Virus record (IMG/VR): IMGVR_UViG_3300021255_004321
Span: 27,823 to 91,822 of that record
Source: a virus
Lineage: Duplodnaviria; Caudoviricetes
Direction: 5' to 3' (one strand)
Length of the DNA stretch: 64,000 nucleotides
The notes beneath the pieces are model-generated. The model was not told the origin of the DNA and ran no database searches. It saw only the letters and a program-made list of their open reading frames with translations. Positions 1 to 9,417 of the stretch are shown here, piece after piece. The translations under genes and the position numbers were made by a program. How positions within the stretch are numbered: position 1 is the stretch's first letter; each line of letters starts with the position of its first letter.

Positions 1-474
1 CTCTTCACCGATAAACTTAAAACGTGGCTTTCTGTCAGGACCGCGGTAACAAAGAGCTGTTCTCTTAATACCGTCTTTTGAACTTTCAACTGTCCAAGTA
101 TCAGCAACAGAGAACGGAGATTTTGCTCCAACTCCAAGGCCACCAATCTGGTCGTTTGTATCACGCTTGTCAGAACCGCCGTAAGTGAAGACATTACGCA
201 TTTTTGCGGCATCCATTCCTATACCGTAATCACGAACCCAGAAAGTTGGGTCAATTTCGTTAGGAAAGTGTATCTGCACAGGATTTTCAACTCCTGCAGC
301 GATATTTGCGTCAATTGCGTTTGAAAGAACTTCGCGAATTACTGACTGAATTGGGTTTGAATAGAGCTTTGTCGAAAGAATGTCGAACAAGCCTGCATCG
401 TTTGAATTGAGTGAAAATACTTCACCGTCGTCGATATTTGACTGAATGTCGGCTGCATTTGCATTGATTACCAT
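1..474 (-). CDS. rIIA: rIIA-like protein, N-terminal GHKL ATPase domain (runs off the window start)
   Basis: Own translation from ATG 474: MVINAN...FDILSTKLYSNPIQSVIREVLSNAIDA...VRDYGIGM...QIGGLGVGAKSPF; GHKL motifs in the T4 rIIA arrangement; SD AAGGAG upstream. Confidence 0.8.
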   Translation of the reverse strand, partial: MVINANAADIQSNIDDGEVFSLNSNDAGLFDILSTKLYSNPIQSVIREVLSNAIDANIAAGVENPVQIHFPNEIDPTFWVRDYGIGMDAAKMRNVFTYGGSDKRDTNDQIGGLGVGAKSPFSVADTWTVESSKDGIKRTALCYRGPDRKPRFKFIGEE

Positions 475-498
475 AGATTTTACTCCTTTTGTTTCAAA

Positions 499-536
499 TT
501 ACAATAATAATATAAAAGGAGTAAAGTAAAAGTTTA
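499..536 (-). promoter_or_regulatory. class A (putative early) promoter TAAACTTTTAC-N9-TTTATATTATTATTGTAA
   Basis: Near-identical blocks with identical spacing at 499-536, 12361-12398, 22728-22765 and 61076-61113, each just upstream of a minus-strand gene. Confidence 0.7.
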
Positions 537-541
537 AAAAA

Positions 542-997
542 TTATGTAGGAATTTGCACAGAAGCGTCTTTTCCGTAAATATAGTCATCTGCGGCAAATA
601 AACCTGTGATTTTGTCCCTAACTGCAACTTTGACATACCAATAAGGTTTTGGTGCCATACATTTGACTTCGCATTGAATAATCTCAGCTTGAGGAAATTC
701 TGCTGCTGCTTGTTTGATAAGCTCTGATTTTATAAGAGGTTCTGAGTCAGCATTAAAAGGATATTCGTGGATAGTCTCTGTTAAGAATCCGCCGTAACCT
801 GCGTTACGAATATAAGAGGTACTTCTTGATTGCAACCACATTTTTAAGGCATTAAGTACAGGTGAGCCTTTTCTTAATTCAATGTTCTCAGGATTGCTTG
901 CATCAACACCTTCATAGTTTAAGTCTTGATAATCAATATTCTTTTGTAAAGATTTTTCAAGTTGTTTTAAGTTTCTTAAAATTACTGAACTTGCCAT
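542..997 (-). CDS. baseplate wedge protein, T4 gp25-like
   Basis: 151 aa; pattern 'VLNALKMWLQS...YIRNAGYGGFL..IHEYPF...IKSEL...EFPQAEI' resembles gp25/gpW; next to tube-like genes. Confidence 0.6.
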   Translation of the reverse strand: MASSVILRNLKQLEKSLQKNIDYQDLNYEGVDASNPENIELRKGSPVLNALKMWLQSRSTSYIRNAGYGGFLTETIHEYPFNADSEPLIKSELIKQAAAEFPQAEIIQCEVKCMAPKPYWYVKVAVRDKITGLFAADDYIYGKDASVQIPT

Positions 998-1007
998 TTG
1001 TTACCTC

Positions 1008-1652
1008 TTAGAATAAACGAAGCTTTTTAGCAGAACCCCAGAAATCGTCTTCACTAATCTCTGTGATTGCTGATGTTACGTTTTGATAATCAATACGAAC
1101 AACTTTATATGTTACTGTAACTGTTTTAATATCTCCGCCACCTGCAGAATCATATTTAATTTCGCCAATACTTATAGGTTGCAAGCCTTTCATAAAACAG
1201 TAACCTGTCTGCTTTGGAACTGGGAGAGAGTCAAAAGGTGACTCTAAACTTTCATTGCCTTCAACAAAAGCATACTTCACAACATTCATATCAATCATAG
1301 GTGGGTGTCCGACTGCCCAAATGCCTGTGCCAAAATCAACGGCGCGGCTCATTAAAGCAAGATGATACTTTTGAATTGAGTCGAAAGCATCTTCATACCA
1401 GTTGATTGTGACTGTATCGTTGATAGTTGCTTTCTTTGGAAATGAAGCTCTTAATTGGTCGTCATATTCATACTCAAGTGTAGGCGGAGTTATTGTAATA
1501 TCTTTAATACGAAATCTTGCATTCTTAACTCCTGCTGTTCCTATCAAGTCTGCAATAAACAAAGAGTCATTGGCTACAGGCATAACACCATAAAGGTAGT
1601 CTAATGATTGAGATTGAAAATCTAAAAATTCATTCTGAGTTGTGTCTGCCAT
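1008..1652 (-). CDS. tail tube-fold protein (gp19/gp54-like)
   Basis: 'DITITPP...TVTINWYED...GLQPISIGEIKYDSAGGGDIKTVTVTYK' fits the gp19-family beta-strand pattern. Confidence 0.5.
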   Translation of the reverse strand: MADTTQNEFLDFQSQSLDYLYGVMPVANDSLFIADLIGTAGVKNARFRIKDITITPPTLEYEYDDQLRASFPKKATINDTVTINWYEDAFDSIQKYHLALMSRAVDFGTGIWAVGHPPMIDMNVVKYAFVEGNESLESPFDSLPVPKQTGYCFMKGLQPISIGEIKYDSAGGGDIKTVTVTYKVVRIDYQNVTSAITEISEDDFWGSAKKLRLF

Positions 1653-1662
1653 AAAAAATTAG

Positions 1663-2709
1663 TTAATATTTACCATCAGCGGTAATGTGAGCAAGTTTTC
1701 GATATACGAATGGGAATGTTGCAGAAAGTGGGTCTGCACTGTCGTTCTTAAACTGTATACTTGAACTTCTTCCTAAGAAGCGGCAATCGTGGAAAATATA
1801 TCTTTGAACTCTGTCAGTCTTAAATGATTCTGTAGGCGACTTTACAATCTTTACATCAGTTTCACCAAACCCAACTGTTCCCATAAGGTCGTGATAACGA
1901 GAGAATGTAAAGTAGTCAGCATCATATTCAACGACAATGTCCAAGAGTTTACCTTTGCCATTTACTTTACGCATTGCAATACCTAAAAAGTTGTAGAAGT
2001 TTTTTCCTTCAAGTGGGTGCAGTGGAGAATTTTCTATGAAGTCTTTTCTTTTTCTTTCTGCTGCCCAACAATCTGCATTAAGAGCGTGGAAAGCATCAAG
2101 AACATACATATTTTGGTCAAGTCTTATTGTAAGGTCCAACTTTGTGTTTCTTTCATAACGGCCTACGACTTTATTTATTGTGTGGCCTGCATATTGAATT
2201 GTGCCTGTGCTTTGTTTCTTTTGAGGAAACTCTATCCCATCAATTCTTGTGCCTATCAAAGACCATCTTTGCTCAAAAGGAGTTGAGAGAATGTTGCGTC
2301 CTGAGTCGTATGTTACTCTTTCAATGTTTTTTGATACATCAACATCAGTAATGTCTTTTCCGTTATCAACTAATATGAAATAAACATTATACATATTAGG
2401 CATAAAGTCAGGTTCTTGCGACATTAAAACTTCAATAGGTGTTATAGAATCTTCAATCTTTGTAACATCTTTTAAGTTCTTAATCCAATTTATTTCGTAT
2501 TGTTCTTGTCCTTCGATAGGAGAAAGTGTTGGCTGAAAATTATCAATCTCTTTTATGTCAGTATAGTCAACTTCAGTATTAAGCTTGTGCTCAGTGAGAT
2601 CATCATTATCTATACGAGTTGTCTTTTTTGTATTTGTTACATCTTCCAATGTATATTCTTGTGAAACATCATCAAGATGAACTTCATTGATTTGAGTGTA
2701 GTCAACCAT
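1663..2709 (-). CDS. tail tube-fold/baseplate-tube initiator-like protein
   Basis: 'IDGIEFPQ...LDLTIRLDQN...YIFHDCRF...IQFKNDSADPLSATFPFVY' resembles the tube fold; class C motif upstream. Confidence 0.4.
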   Translation of the reverse strand: MVDYTQINEVHLDDVSQEYTLEDVTNTKKTTRIDNDDLTEHKLNTEVDYTDIKEIDNFQPTLSPIEGQEQYEINWIKNLKDVTKIEDSITPIEVLMSQEPDFMPNMYNVYFILVDNGKDITDVDVSKNIERVTYDSGRNILSTPFEQRWSLIGTRIDGIEFPQKKQSTGTIQYAGHTINKVVGRYERNTKLDLTIRLDQNMYVLDAFHALNADCWAAERKRKDFIENSPLHPLEGKNFYNFLGIAMRKVNGKGKLLDIVVEYDADYFTFSRYHDLMGTVGFGETDVKIVKSPTESFKTDRVQRYIFHDCRFLGRSSSIQFKNDSADPLSATFPFVYRKLAHITADGKY

Positions 2710-2724
2710 AATCTAATTAGTCAT

Positions 2725-2748
2725 AAAAAAGGAGGCCGAAGCCTCCTT
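2725..2748 (-). terminator. intrinsic terminator after uvsX/recA
   Basis: Minus strand AAGGAGGC-TTCG-GCCTCC-TTTTTT: UUCG-loop hairpin plus U tract. Confidence 0.85.
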
Positions 2749-2780
2749 GGAGTTTATTATGTCTACATTATGAATGTATT

Positions 2781-3971
2781 CTACGCTTCATCTGCTGCTT
2801 CGTTTTCCTCAGCCTGAGCAACAAGTTTCTCGTATTCTTCTTTAGAGAAGTTCTGTTCTGCCCACTGTTCTTCGTCAGCAGTATTTTCCATACCTTCAAT
2901 CTCATTAGAGATGATGTCCATAATTACATTCTTAATTGCATCCCATTCTTCAGGTTTTACTTCACCTGACTGAATTGCTTTTACGAAAGCGTCTTTTCCG
3001 TGGTAATTCCAACCAAAGTTATTCTTTGAATTGTAGTAACCCTTTGAGCGGCAGTCAACAAGTTTAAGTAATCTTGGGTCTTCTGCAAAGTCATACAAGA
3101 AGTCAACATATTCTCCATCAGAATTGAAGCCGCCTTTGTAGTAAAGGTCCATTTCACATTCACGGAATGGAATACCTGTCTTGTTCTTCATATTGCGGAC
3201 CTGCATATGAATACCTACAACTTTTGAGCCTTCTGTAAGGTTTTCAATCTTACGAACACGGTTAAGAGTTGAAGCAACATATTTCAAAGCGTATCCACCA
3301 GTTGTTGCGATTGCGTGAGACATTGTATTCATCTGAGCACGCTCTTGTGAAATAACAAACATTGTTGTGTGGTAGTTGGCACAAAGAATGTTGAAACGAT
3401 TACAGAAGTCTTTCAAAGCTTTTGCATTGTTACCGAAGTTTGCTTTGTTGAATTCATCATCAAGAACTGTCTTTGTTACTGACATTGACTCAGAGTCAAA
3501 AATAACACAAGCAACTGTGTTTGACTTAATCATCTGCTCGAGAGCAAAAGCGCCTTCTTCAAGGTTATCAGGTTGCAACAATGTAAAGTGAGCATCTTTG
3601 TTGATTGAGCCATCTGGGTTTACCAAAGATGTTACATCAAGACCGTTTTCTTTTGCGTGGTCTGGGTCGAAAGAACGCTCAAAGTCCATATAAACAACCA
3701 TATCGTGGTCAGCAAGTTCTGGGAACTGTTCTCCCAAGTGTTTCTGAAACTGACCTGCAATATAAGTACAAATTGTAGACTTACCGCCCGACTCAGGTCC
3801 AATGTAACGGTGAACTGCTCCGATCTTAATACCGCCACCATACATAAAAGAAAGACGAGGAGAATCAAGTCTCAACATCTTTTTAAGAGTATTTGAATCT
3901 GCAGGCTTAATTGCGTTTGCACATTTCTTCTGAACTGCAGCAACCGCCTTCAAAAAATCTGGACTAGCCAT
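2781..3971 (-). CDS. uvsX: RecA/UvsX-family recombinase
   Basis: Walker A GPESGGKST, 'YMDFERSFD', Walker B VIFDS, 'ISQER', 'TTGGYALKY', 'KNKTGIPFRE'; acidic tail. Confidence 0.92.
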   Translation of the reverse strand: MASPDFLKAVAAVQKKCANAIKPADSNTLKKMLRLDSPRLSFMYGGGIKIGAVHRYIGPESGGKSTICTYIAGQFQKHLGEQFPELADHDMVVYMDFERSFDPDHAKENGLDVTSLVNPDGSINKDAHFTLLQPDNLEEGAFALEQMIKSNTVACVIFDSESMSVTKTVLDDEFNKANFGNNAKALKDFCNRFNILCANYHTTMFVISQERAQMNTMSHAIATTGGYALKYVASTLNRVRKIENLTEGSKVVGIHMQVRNMKNKTGIPFRECEMDLYYKGGFNSDGEYVDFLYDFAEDPRLLKLVDCRSKGYYNSKNNFGWNYHGKDAFVKAIQSGEVKPEEWDAIKNVIMDIISNEIEGMENTADEEQWAEQNFSKEEYEKLVAQAEENEAADEA

Positions 3972-4045
3972 TTTTCCTCCATAAATATAAAGGCCATATC
4001 AAAAGTTGATTGCTCTATTTATAGAGGACACCTTGTAATAAAAAT

Positions 4046-4053
4046 ATATTAAC
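4046..4053 (-). promoter_or_regulatory. class B (putative middle) promoter motif GTTAATAT
   Basis: Also at 5303-5310(-), 8828-8835(-), 10433-10440(-), 22877-22884(+), 25457-25464(+), 38766-38773(-), 58516-58523(-, GTTAATGT), 60293-60300(-), 61194-61201(+), each oriented toward a downstream, mostly non-structural gene. Confidence 0.7.
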
Positions 4054-4058
4054 AGTTA

Positions 4059-4736
4059 TTAAAAACCATCAAGCAAGGCGTTGAATTCATCTTCAATCCA
4101 ATTGCCACTTAAAGTACGATGCATTGTTAAATTCATACGAGGCTGTGTTCTTGGCTGAGGCACATAAGTTCCATTTGCTTTTTGTTCTTCAATCTTTTTC
4201 TGCCACTCAGGTTTCTCAGACTTTGCTTCATAAGGTGACAACTTTATGCCATCTTCACGAAGCTTTTGTCCTACGGGTTTAACTTCTGCGCCTGCTTCTT
4301 CAAACTTTTTTATAAAATCTGGCTTCCCAGGCTGATGTGGGTCTGTAACTTCAAAGTTGTGGTCACCAAAAAGACCAATCTTTGCATCGTATTTATTCAA
4401 GAAAGCAATTGTCTTATAGTTGCCACGAATAATCATACCTTCATTTTTTGGGTTATGACATTCACCATAAATAAACTTTATATAGCCTTCTTCAGGTGTG
4501 TTACCCATTCCTTGAAAGTACTGCATATCATCAATGTCAACATCAATATAGTTGCCTCTGTTTTTTGCAACTGTAATGTGTGGCATTATTGCACCATCTT
4601 TTGTAACAGCTTCTCTTTCAGTATCTGGGTTATCTTCAACAGGCTTTGCCTCTTCCTCAACCAAGTCTTTATCAATAAGACCTAATGCTTTGAGTGCTTC
4701 AAGCTCTGTTTCTGAATATCCTTCAATGTCAACCAT
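4059..4736 (-). CDS. hypothetical protein with acidic/aromatic C-terminus
   Basis: Start moved to ATG 4736, which overlaps the upstream stop (TAATG); ends IEDEFNALLDGF. Confidence 0.6.
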   Translation of the reverse strand: MVDIEGYSETELEALKALGLIDKDLVEEEAKPVEDNPDTEREAVTKDGAIMPHITVAKNRGNYIDVDIDDMQYFQGMGNTPEEGYIKFIYGECHNPKNEGMIIRGNYKTIAFLNKYDAKIGLFGDHNFEVTDPHQPGKPDFIKKFEEAGAEVKPVGQKLREDGIKLSPYEAKSEKPEWQKKIEEQKANGTYVPQPRTQPRMNLTMHRTLSGNWIEDEFNALLDGF

Positions 4737-5296
4737 TACATCCCTCCAAAGATAAACGGGTAAACGTCTTGTTCCCAAATCTCTTCAGGTGTTCTTCCGT
4801 TCAAATGAATAAGCTTCTTATCCAAAGAAGACATTTCATATGCTCTTTCGAAAGCAGCAAGTTCTTGCTTCTTCTTATCAATGTCAAGTGAGAACGACAA
4901 ACCATCGCCTCTTTTCTTGTCTCTTTCAATAACTGCTTCAGGAGTATCTGTAAACACAATCAACTTTGTTACTGGGTTATTATGCTTTACATAATCTTTT
5001 TCATAATCGAAAACAAAGTCACCTGAATAATTACGATATATAGGTGAGTAAACTGTTTCACCAAGATGTGCACGGTCAAATATCAAAACATTTTGATTTG
5101 GAACAACTGACATCAAGCGGAACATTTCACGATAACGAATCTGTGAAGCAACTTTAATTGCATCATTTGTTTCAAGTTTAATGTTTGAATAATGAACAAT
5201 GTGAACAGCTTTTGCAAGCTTCTCAAATTCTTTTTCAATAAGAGCTATCTGGGTGCCTTTACCCATAGCATCGCATCCCTCAATAATTACATTCAT
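4736..5296 (-). CDS. thymidylate-kinase-like dNMP kinase
   Basis: P-loop IIEGCDAMGKGTQ, 'IFDRAHLGETVYSPIYR'. Confidence 0.85.
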   Translation of the reverse strand: MNVIIEGCDAMGKGTQIALIEKEFEKLAKAVHIVHYSNIKLETNDAIKVASQIRYREMFRLMSVVPNQNVLIFDRAHLGETVYSPIYRNYSGDFVFDYEKDYVKHNNPVTKLIVFTDTPEAVIERDKKRGDGLSFSLDIDKKKQELAAFERAYEMSSLDKKLIHLNGRTPEEIWEQDVYPFIFGGM

Positions 5297-5311
5297 AAAT
5301 AAATATTAACC

Positions 5312-6649
5312 TCAGTCTTTGATAATTCTGCGACCTACAGGCGCAGTTGTAGTCCCATTCAATTCTTTTTCACGAGCATCAATAACAGGACCAAATGTAT
5401 CACAAATGAAATCACCGTTAAAGTATTTGTCTTCAAGGATGTCATAAAATTGTTTCAACAACTTTGCATATTCATCACGGTGTTCATACAAATAATCAAT
5501 CTTTTCCCACATTTCTTTAGGAGAAGAAACTTTTACATAGTCTGGGAACTCTTTGAAGTAGCCATCAGTGTCATAAGAGTTCTTGTCATAAAATGGAATA
5601 ATACCATAATAAACCATTTTCCAAGGCTTCTGTGTTACAAAGTTTGGAAGACGATGGTCAAATGCAGGAACATAAGTAAACATTGTTTCCCACATCTCAG
5701 GCTGCATCTGCACAATACCTTTTTCGATAAAAGTATTAGGATGCTTCTGCTTTGCTTCATCACCCCACTTTCCGTAAACCTTTTCCTCAGGATGAATATC
5801 AAGAACCCACTTTTCAAGATAAGACAAACGGTCAGTACCATCATTCAAAGTAAGAACAAACTTTCTCTTTTTCTGATAAACATTTCCGTTTACTTCAATG
5901 TGGTCAGGATTGCTGAAATCAATCTTTGGCATATTTGCCATAAACATTCTTTCAAGTCCTGCATATTTGAAATGCAACTTGTGTTCAACATACTCACCTG
6001 AGTTGTATCTTACAAGACGCTTTACAGAATACTTGTCACTTTCAATCTGGGAGAATGTAAAGATTTCGTGATTGATAATATCTTTATGATTTGATGGCAC
6101 ATATCTTGGGTCTTCATTGATATTATACCAAGGGAAGCCCTGCTTATTCAAAAGATGTATCATCGGTCCACAATAATTTGCTGCCATCTGCATTGGGATT
6201 GCTTCAGTTGGTTTTGTTGCACAAATAATACCTTCACCACCGACTGATACTGAAGCATCAGGTCCTTGCATAAAAAGACCTAAGTCGAACTTCAAACCAA
6301 GATGGTCAACATACTCATCAAGTGTTCGCCAAGCTTCACATCCTTTCTTATGTGTATCAGTTCTTTCCTTACATTTTTCTTTTCCTGCGAACTCTCTTGC
6401 CTGAGCGTGTAAGTCAATAATGTTACTTGGGATGTCAACTTTCTTAAAGACGTTTCCAAACCCGATTGCACTGTTCTTCTTTTTGAAATCAGCAAAGTCA
6501 GATGCACCTACAATATAAAACTTATGCTGCGGGTATCTTTTTGCAAGAGTAAAATAAAATATTTTTGGGCTGTCATCACCTGCATAAATCGACCAAGACT
6601 TTTCATCAAAGTACATTGAACGACCAAATTTTCCAATCGCAATATTCAT
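5312..6649 (-). CDS. putative GT-B glycosyltransferase (phage DNA/nucleotide glycosyltransferase-like)
   Basis: N-terminal MNIAIGKFGRS...AGDDSP, 'NEDPRY', C-terminal 'VYGKW...FVTQKPWKMVYYGIIPFYD...VSSPKEMWEKI' resemble T4 BGT-like GT-B; adjacent to NDP-sugar genes. Confidence 0.6.
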   Translation of the reverse strand: MNIAIGKFGRSMYFDEKSWSIYAGDDSPKIFYFTLAKRYPQHKFYIVGASDFADFKKKNSAIGFGNVFKKVDIPSNIIDLHAQAREFAGKEKCKERTDTHKKGCEAWRTLDEYVDHLGLKFDLGLFMQGPDASVSVGGEGIICATKPTEAIPMQMAANYCGPMIHLLNKQGFPWYNINEDPRYVPSNHKDIINHEIFTFSQIESDKYSVKRLVRYNSGEYVEHKLHFKYAGLERMFMANMPKIDFSNPDHIEVNGNVYQKKRKFVLTLNDGTDRLSYLEKWVLDIHPEEKVYGKWGDEAKQKHPNTFIEKGIVQMQPEMWETMFTYVPAFDHRLPNFVTQKPWKMVYYGIIPFYDKNSYDTDGYFKEFPDYVKVSSPKEMWEKIDYLYEHRDEYAKLLKQFYDILEDKYFNGDFICDTFGPVIDAREKELNGTTTAPVGRRIIKD

Positions 6650-7206
6650 TAGTTGTAACCTCTTACGATATAATAATTTATTCCTGCAGCCATTGCTGCT
6701 TCAATACCTGTCTTTGAATCTTCAAACACAATACAAGTTGAAGGTATCTCATCGAAGTGTTGCATAGTTTTAATGTAGCACTCAGGTGATGGCTTTGTTT
6801 CAACAACATCTTCCTGTCCTACAATAATATCAAACACATCAGTAATCTTGAAGTATTCCAAGATATTATTTATATTAACTTTCGATGCTGCAGACACCAA
6901 AGCAATTTTCCACTTTCTTGACTTAAGGCCTTTAAGCATTTCAATCAACGGAGTATTAAGGGCACCATTTTTGATATACTTTTTATAAAGTTCCTTTTTC
7001 TCATCGTGTATCTGCTGCATAACTTCGGGCGTTATTCTAGGGTCAAGCTGTTTCAAAAAGATTTTATAATTAAGCCCGTTCCATTCTTTGCAATACTGTT
7101 CGTAACCAACATCATACCCGTGCTTTTCGCAGGCTTCTTTGTAAGCAAAGTAATTTATGTTATTTGTGTTGACGAGTGTACCGTCTAAATCAACCATTGC
7201 AAGCAT
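6649..7206 (-). CDS. HAD-family phosphatase/phosphomutase (beta-PGM-like)
   Basis: Motif I DLDGTL, motif II VS, KPSPE, motif IV FEDSKTG. Confidence 0.9.
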   Translation of the reverse strand: MLAMVDLDGTLVNTNNINYFAYKEACEKHGYDVGYEQYCKEWNGLNYKIFLKQLDPRITPEVMQQIHDEKKELYKKYIKNGALNTPLIEMLKGLKSRKWKIALVSAASKVNINNILEYFKITDVFDIIVGQEDVVETKPSPECYIKTMQHFDEIPSTCIVFEDSKTGIEAAMAAGINYYIVRGYN

Positions 7207-7209
7207 TCT

Positions 7210-8124
7210 TTATTCTCTCCAAAAATCATTTAAGTTAACATACTGTGAATAGTATCCGTTATCTTTAGGCTCAGGTAAACAATCGAAAAGACTCTTGACA
7301 TATTTTATATTATCACTGCACCAACGTTTTGTAACATCATCTTTTGCATAAGGCACAATACGATAGATTTTGAAAAGTAAGAAAATCAAAATCTTTTTCA
7401 TCCTAGTGCGATTATTACCGCCAACTCTTTCCAAAAATTCTTGAGAGAATCTTCTTAAGTATTTTTTGTCATCTTCGTCGAGTTCAGTGTAACGATAAGA
7501 CCAATGACATAAGCTGTCCTGAAGAACTGTTGCAATATCAATGTAAGGTGTATCAATGAATGAGTCAAGAAAGTCAATAAGGTATAGAACTCTCGCGGCA
7601 GTAGAATATGTTTCTTTATGTCCTACGATGATATTTTCAAGAGTAAGATCTCCGTGACAGTAACCACCTTTTATGTCTCCAAGATCTTGTTCAAACTCTT
7701 TCAAGAATTCTCGAAGTTCACTCTGAAGTTCAGGAGTCTTTTTAATCATATCATCAATCTTATTTTTGAAAATTACTTTAGAATTCCAAACCTTTCCAAA
7801 AGTAAAGTTGCTTGATATAAAAGCGCCGAGGTCTTCTGCTGAAGAAATACCTTTATGTTTAAGCAACTCTTCTGCAAGTGTATCACCTTCAATAAACGGC
7901 ATCGTTACTGTAACTTTCAAATCATTACCAACCAAGTCTTCTTTAATGTTCAAGACAGGCGTCCCTTCGATTGAGTTACGAGTACCACTCCAACTTGTTG
8001 CACAATACTGTTTTTGTGCCTGTTCACGAAGTCTTGGTGCATAAGAGCCAATTGCAGTCTTTACAACCTTATCGCCCTGCTGCTCAATGTTACAACCCGA
8101 GTTTCCCTTTAAGTTCATTCTCAC
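7210..8124 (-). CDS. APH/choline-kinase-fold phosphotransferase (probable sugar kinase)
   Basis: Gly loop LKGNSGC, VVK, Brenner motif CHGDLTLENI, LIDF. Confidence 0.8.
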   Translation of the reverse strand: MRMNLKGNSGCNIEQQGDKVVKTAIGSYAPRLREQAQKQYCATSWSGTRNSIEGTPVLNIKEDLVGNDLKVTVTMPFIEGDTLAEELLKHKGISSAEDLGAFISSNFTFGKVWNSKVIFKNKIDDMIKKTPELQSELREFLKEFEQDLGDIKGGYCHGDLTLENIIVGHKETYSTAARVLYLIDFLDSFIDTPYIDIATVLQDSLCHWSYRYTELDEDDKKYLRRFSQEFLERVGGNNRTRMKKILIFLLFKIYRIVPYAKDDVTKRWCSDNIKYVKSLFDCLPEPKDNGYYSQYVNLNDFWRE

Positions 8125-8821
8125 TTACCTCTGATTTTAATTCTTTAAGTTCATCAGGTGTTCCAAACTCAAAGTGTTCTTTAACATCAATTCGTTTCAC
8201 ATTGAGTAAGTAATTGTATAAGCCTGACATATAATATTCTTTTTGTGTGCCGTCATTAAAATAAAGAACTGCAGCTTTTGCAAAAATGTCCGCATTCTTA
8301 AAATAATAACAACCAAAGATTGCATAGTTTGAAACAGGATTTTTCTCAACAGTTCCTGCATACTGTGTATCTTTTCCGCCGATGTATTTGATGTAACCGA
8401 AGTGTGGCTCTCTTGACTTAAACGACATAATCGCAGCTTCAACATCTTCACTTATATCAAAGTTTTCGCAACTCATCGCGTGGTCACAATCCTGAAATAC
8501 AATTGGGTCACCATCAGCAAACTGTGATATTCCTGACAAAGCAGTATACACAGGGCCGTTTAACTGATAAGGGAGAACAGAAATTTTAGCACCTGGGAAA
8601 TACTCATAAATCTTTTTATCAATCTGCCATTCATCAATATGTTCTTGAAGAACAATGAATGTTATGTCTTTCATTGGGAAAGCTCTGATTGCTGACTGCG
8701 CAGCCCACCAAAAGAATGGCTTTCCGTAAAGTTCAATAAGTGGCTTTGGTACAGTTATGTCGTCTTTCTTAAATCTTGAACCTGCGCCACCGCAAGGTAT
8801 AACAATATGCACTTTGTTCAT
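8090..8821 (-). CDS. sugar-phosphate nucleotidyltransferase (NTP_transferase, GT-A fold)
   Basis: VIPCGGAGSRF...PKPLI, DCD, VEK, GCYYF, EYY, FGTPDEL. Confidence 0.9.
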   Translation of the reverse strand: MNKVHIVIPCGGAGSRFKKDDITVPKPLIELYGKPFFWWAAQSAIRAFPMKDITFIVLQEHIDEWQIDKKIYEYFPGAKISVLPYQLNGPVYTALSGISQFADGDPIVFQDCDHAMSCENFDISEDVEAAIMSFKSREPHFGYIKYIGGKDTQYAGTVEKNPVSNYAIFGCYYFKNADIFAKAAVLYFNDGTQKEYYMSGLYNYLLNVKRIDVKEHFEFGTPDELKELKSEVSENELKGKLGL

Positions 8822-8851
8822 AAAATGATATTAACATCCTATATAAAAATT

Positions 8852-8878
8852 AAGAGGAACTTGCGTTCCTCTTTTTTT
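8852..8878. terminator. hairpin terminator, probably bidirectional
   Basis: AAGAGGAAC-TTGC-GTTCCTCTT followed by a T tract on plus; GCAA loop on minus. Confidence 0.7.
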
Positions 8879-8892
8879 GATAAAGTTCTTAA

Positions 8893-9414
8893 TTAAAGCT
8901 CAGGAGCATTTAAGATGTCATTATCAAGTTTCTCGAAAGCCTTCTTACGGAATTCGATAATGTCTTTATAATGCTCTTTATACTTTCTGATAGCAGCATT
9001 AGTTGCGGCAACCTGAATGTTGTAGTACTGGTCGTCAAGCTCTTTCTGCTTTGCTTCGATTTCAGTCTTTTCTTTTACTTCTTTCTGTGCGCCTTCGCAG
9101 TCGCAAGAGAATGTAATTGAATCCTTACCTACAAGAACAGCTTCACCCTCAACCTTTGCTTTCTTTCCACAGTAAGGGCAATAAACAGCATCTTCGTAAA
9201 TAGTTTTGATTTCTTTTGCGAAGTCTGTAAGTTCCTTTTCCTGTTCAGGAGCAGGCTGTCTTCCATTAAGCTGCTTCTTTACATTACGCCAATTTCTTAA
9301 CTTGGCTTCCTGATCTTCGTTAATGCAAAGTGCAAATGTTGAAGCACCCGACTTTGCAATAACTTTGCCCAAAAGTTCCTTCTGAGCATCTGTCAAAATA
9401 GTATCTTTTGCCAT
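8893..9414 (-). CDS. hypothetical protein with Zn ribbon and coiled coil
   Basis: CPYCG...CDC followed by a charged helical region. Confidence 0.65.
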   Translation of the reverse strand: MAKDTILTDAQKELLGKVIAKSGASTFALCINEDQEAKLRNWRNVKKQLNGRQPAPEQEKELTDFAKEIKTIYEDAVYCPYCGKKAKVEGEAVLVGKDSITFSCDCEGAQKEVKEKTEIEAKQKELDDQYYNIQVAATNAAIRKYKEHYKDIIEFRKKAFEKLDNDILNAPEL

Positions 9415-9417
9415 TTG

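Noticed and set aside
1662-1669. Plus-strand GTTAATAT as an antisense promoter
   Set aside because: It is formed by the minus-strand stop codon plus the class C motif; likely coincidental
6649-8821. Sugar genes as a contaminating host capsule locus
   Set aside because: They carry the same phage class B motifs, and the adjacent glycosyltransferase shares the RRII tag with phage DnaX
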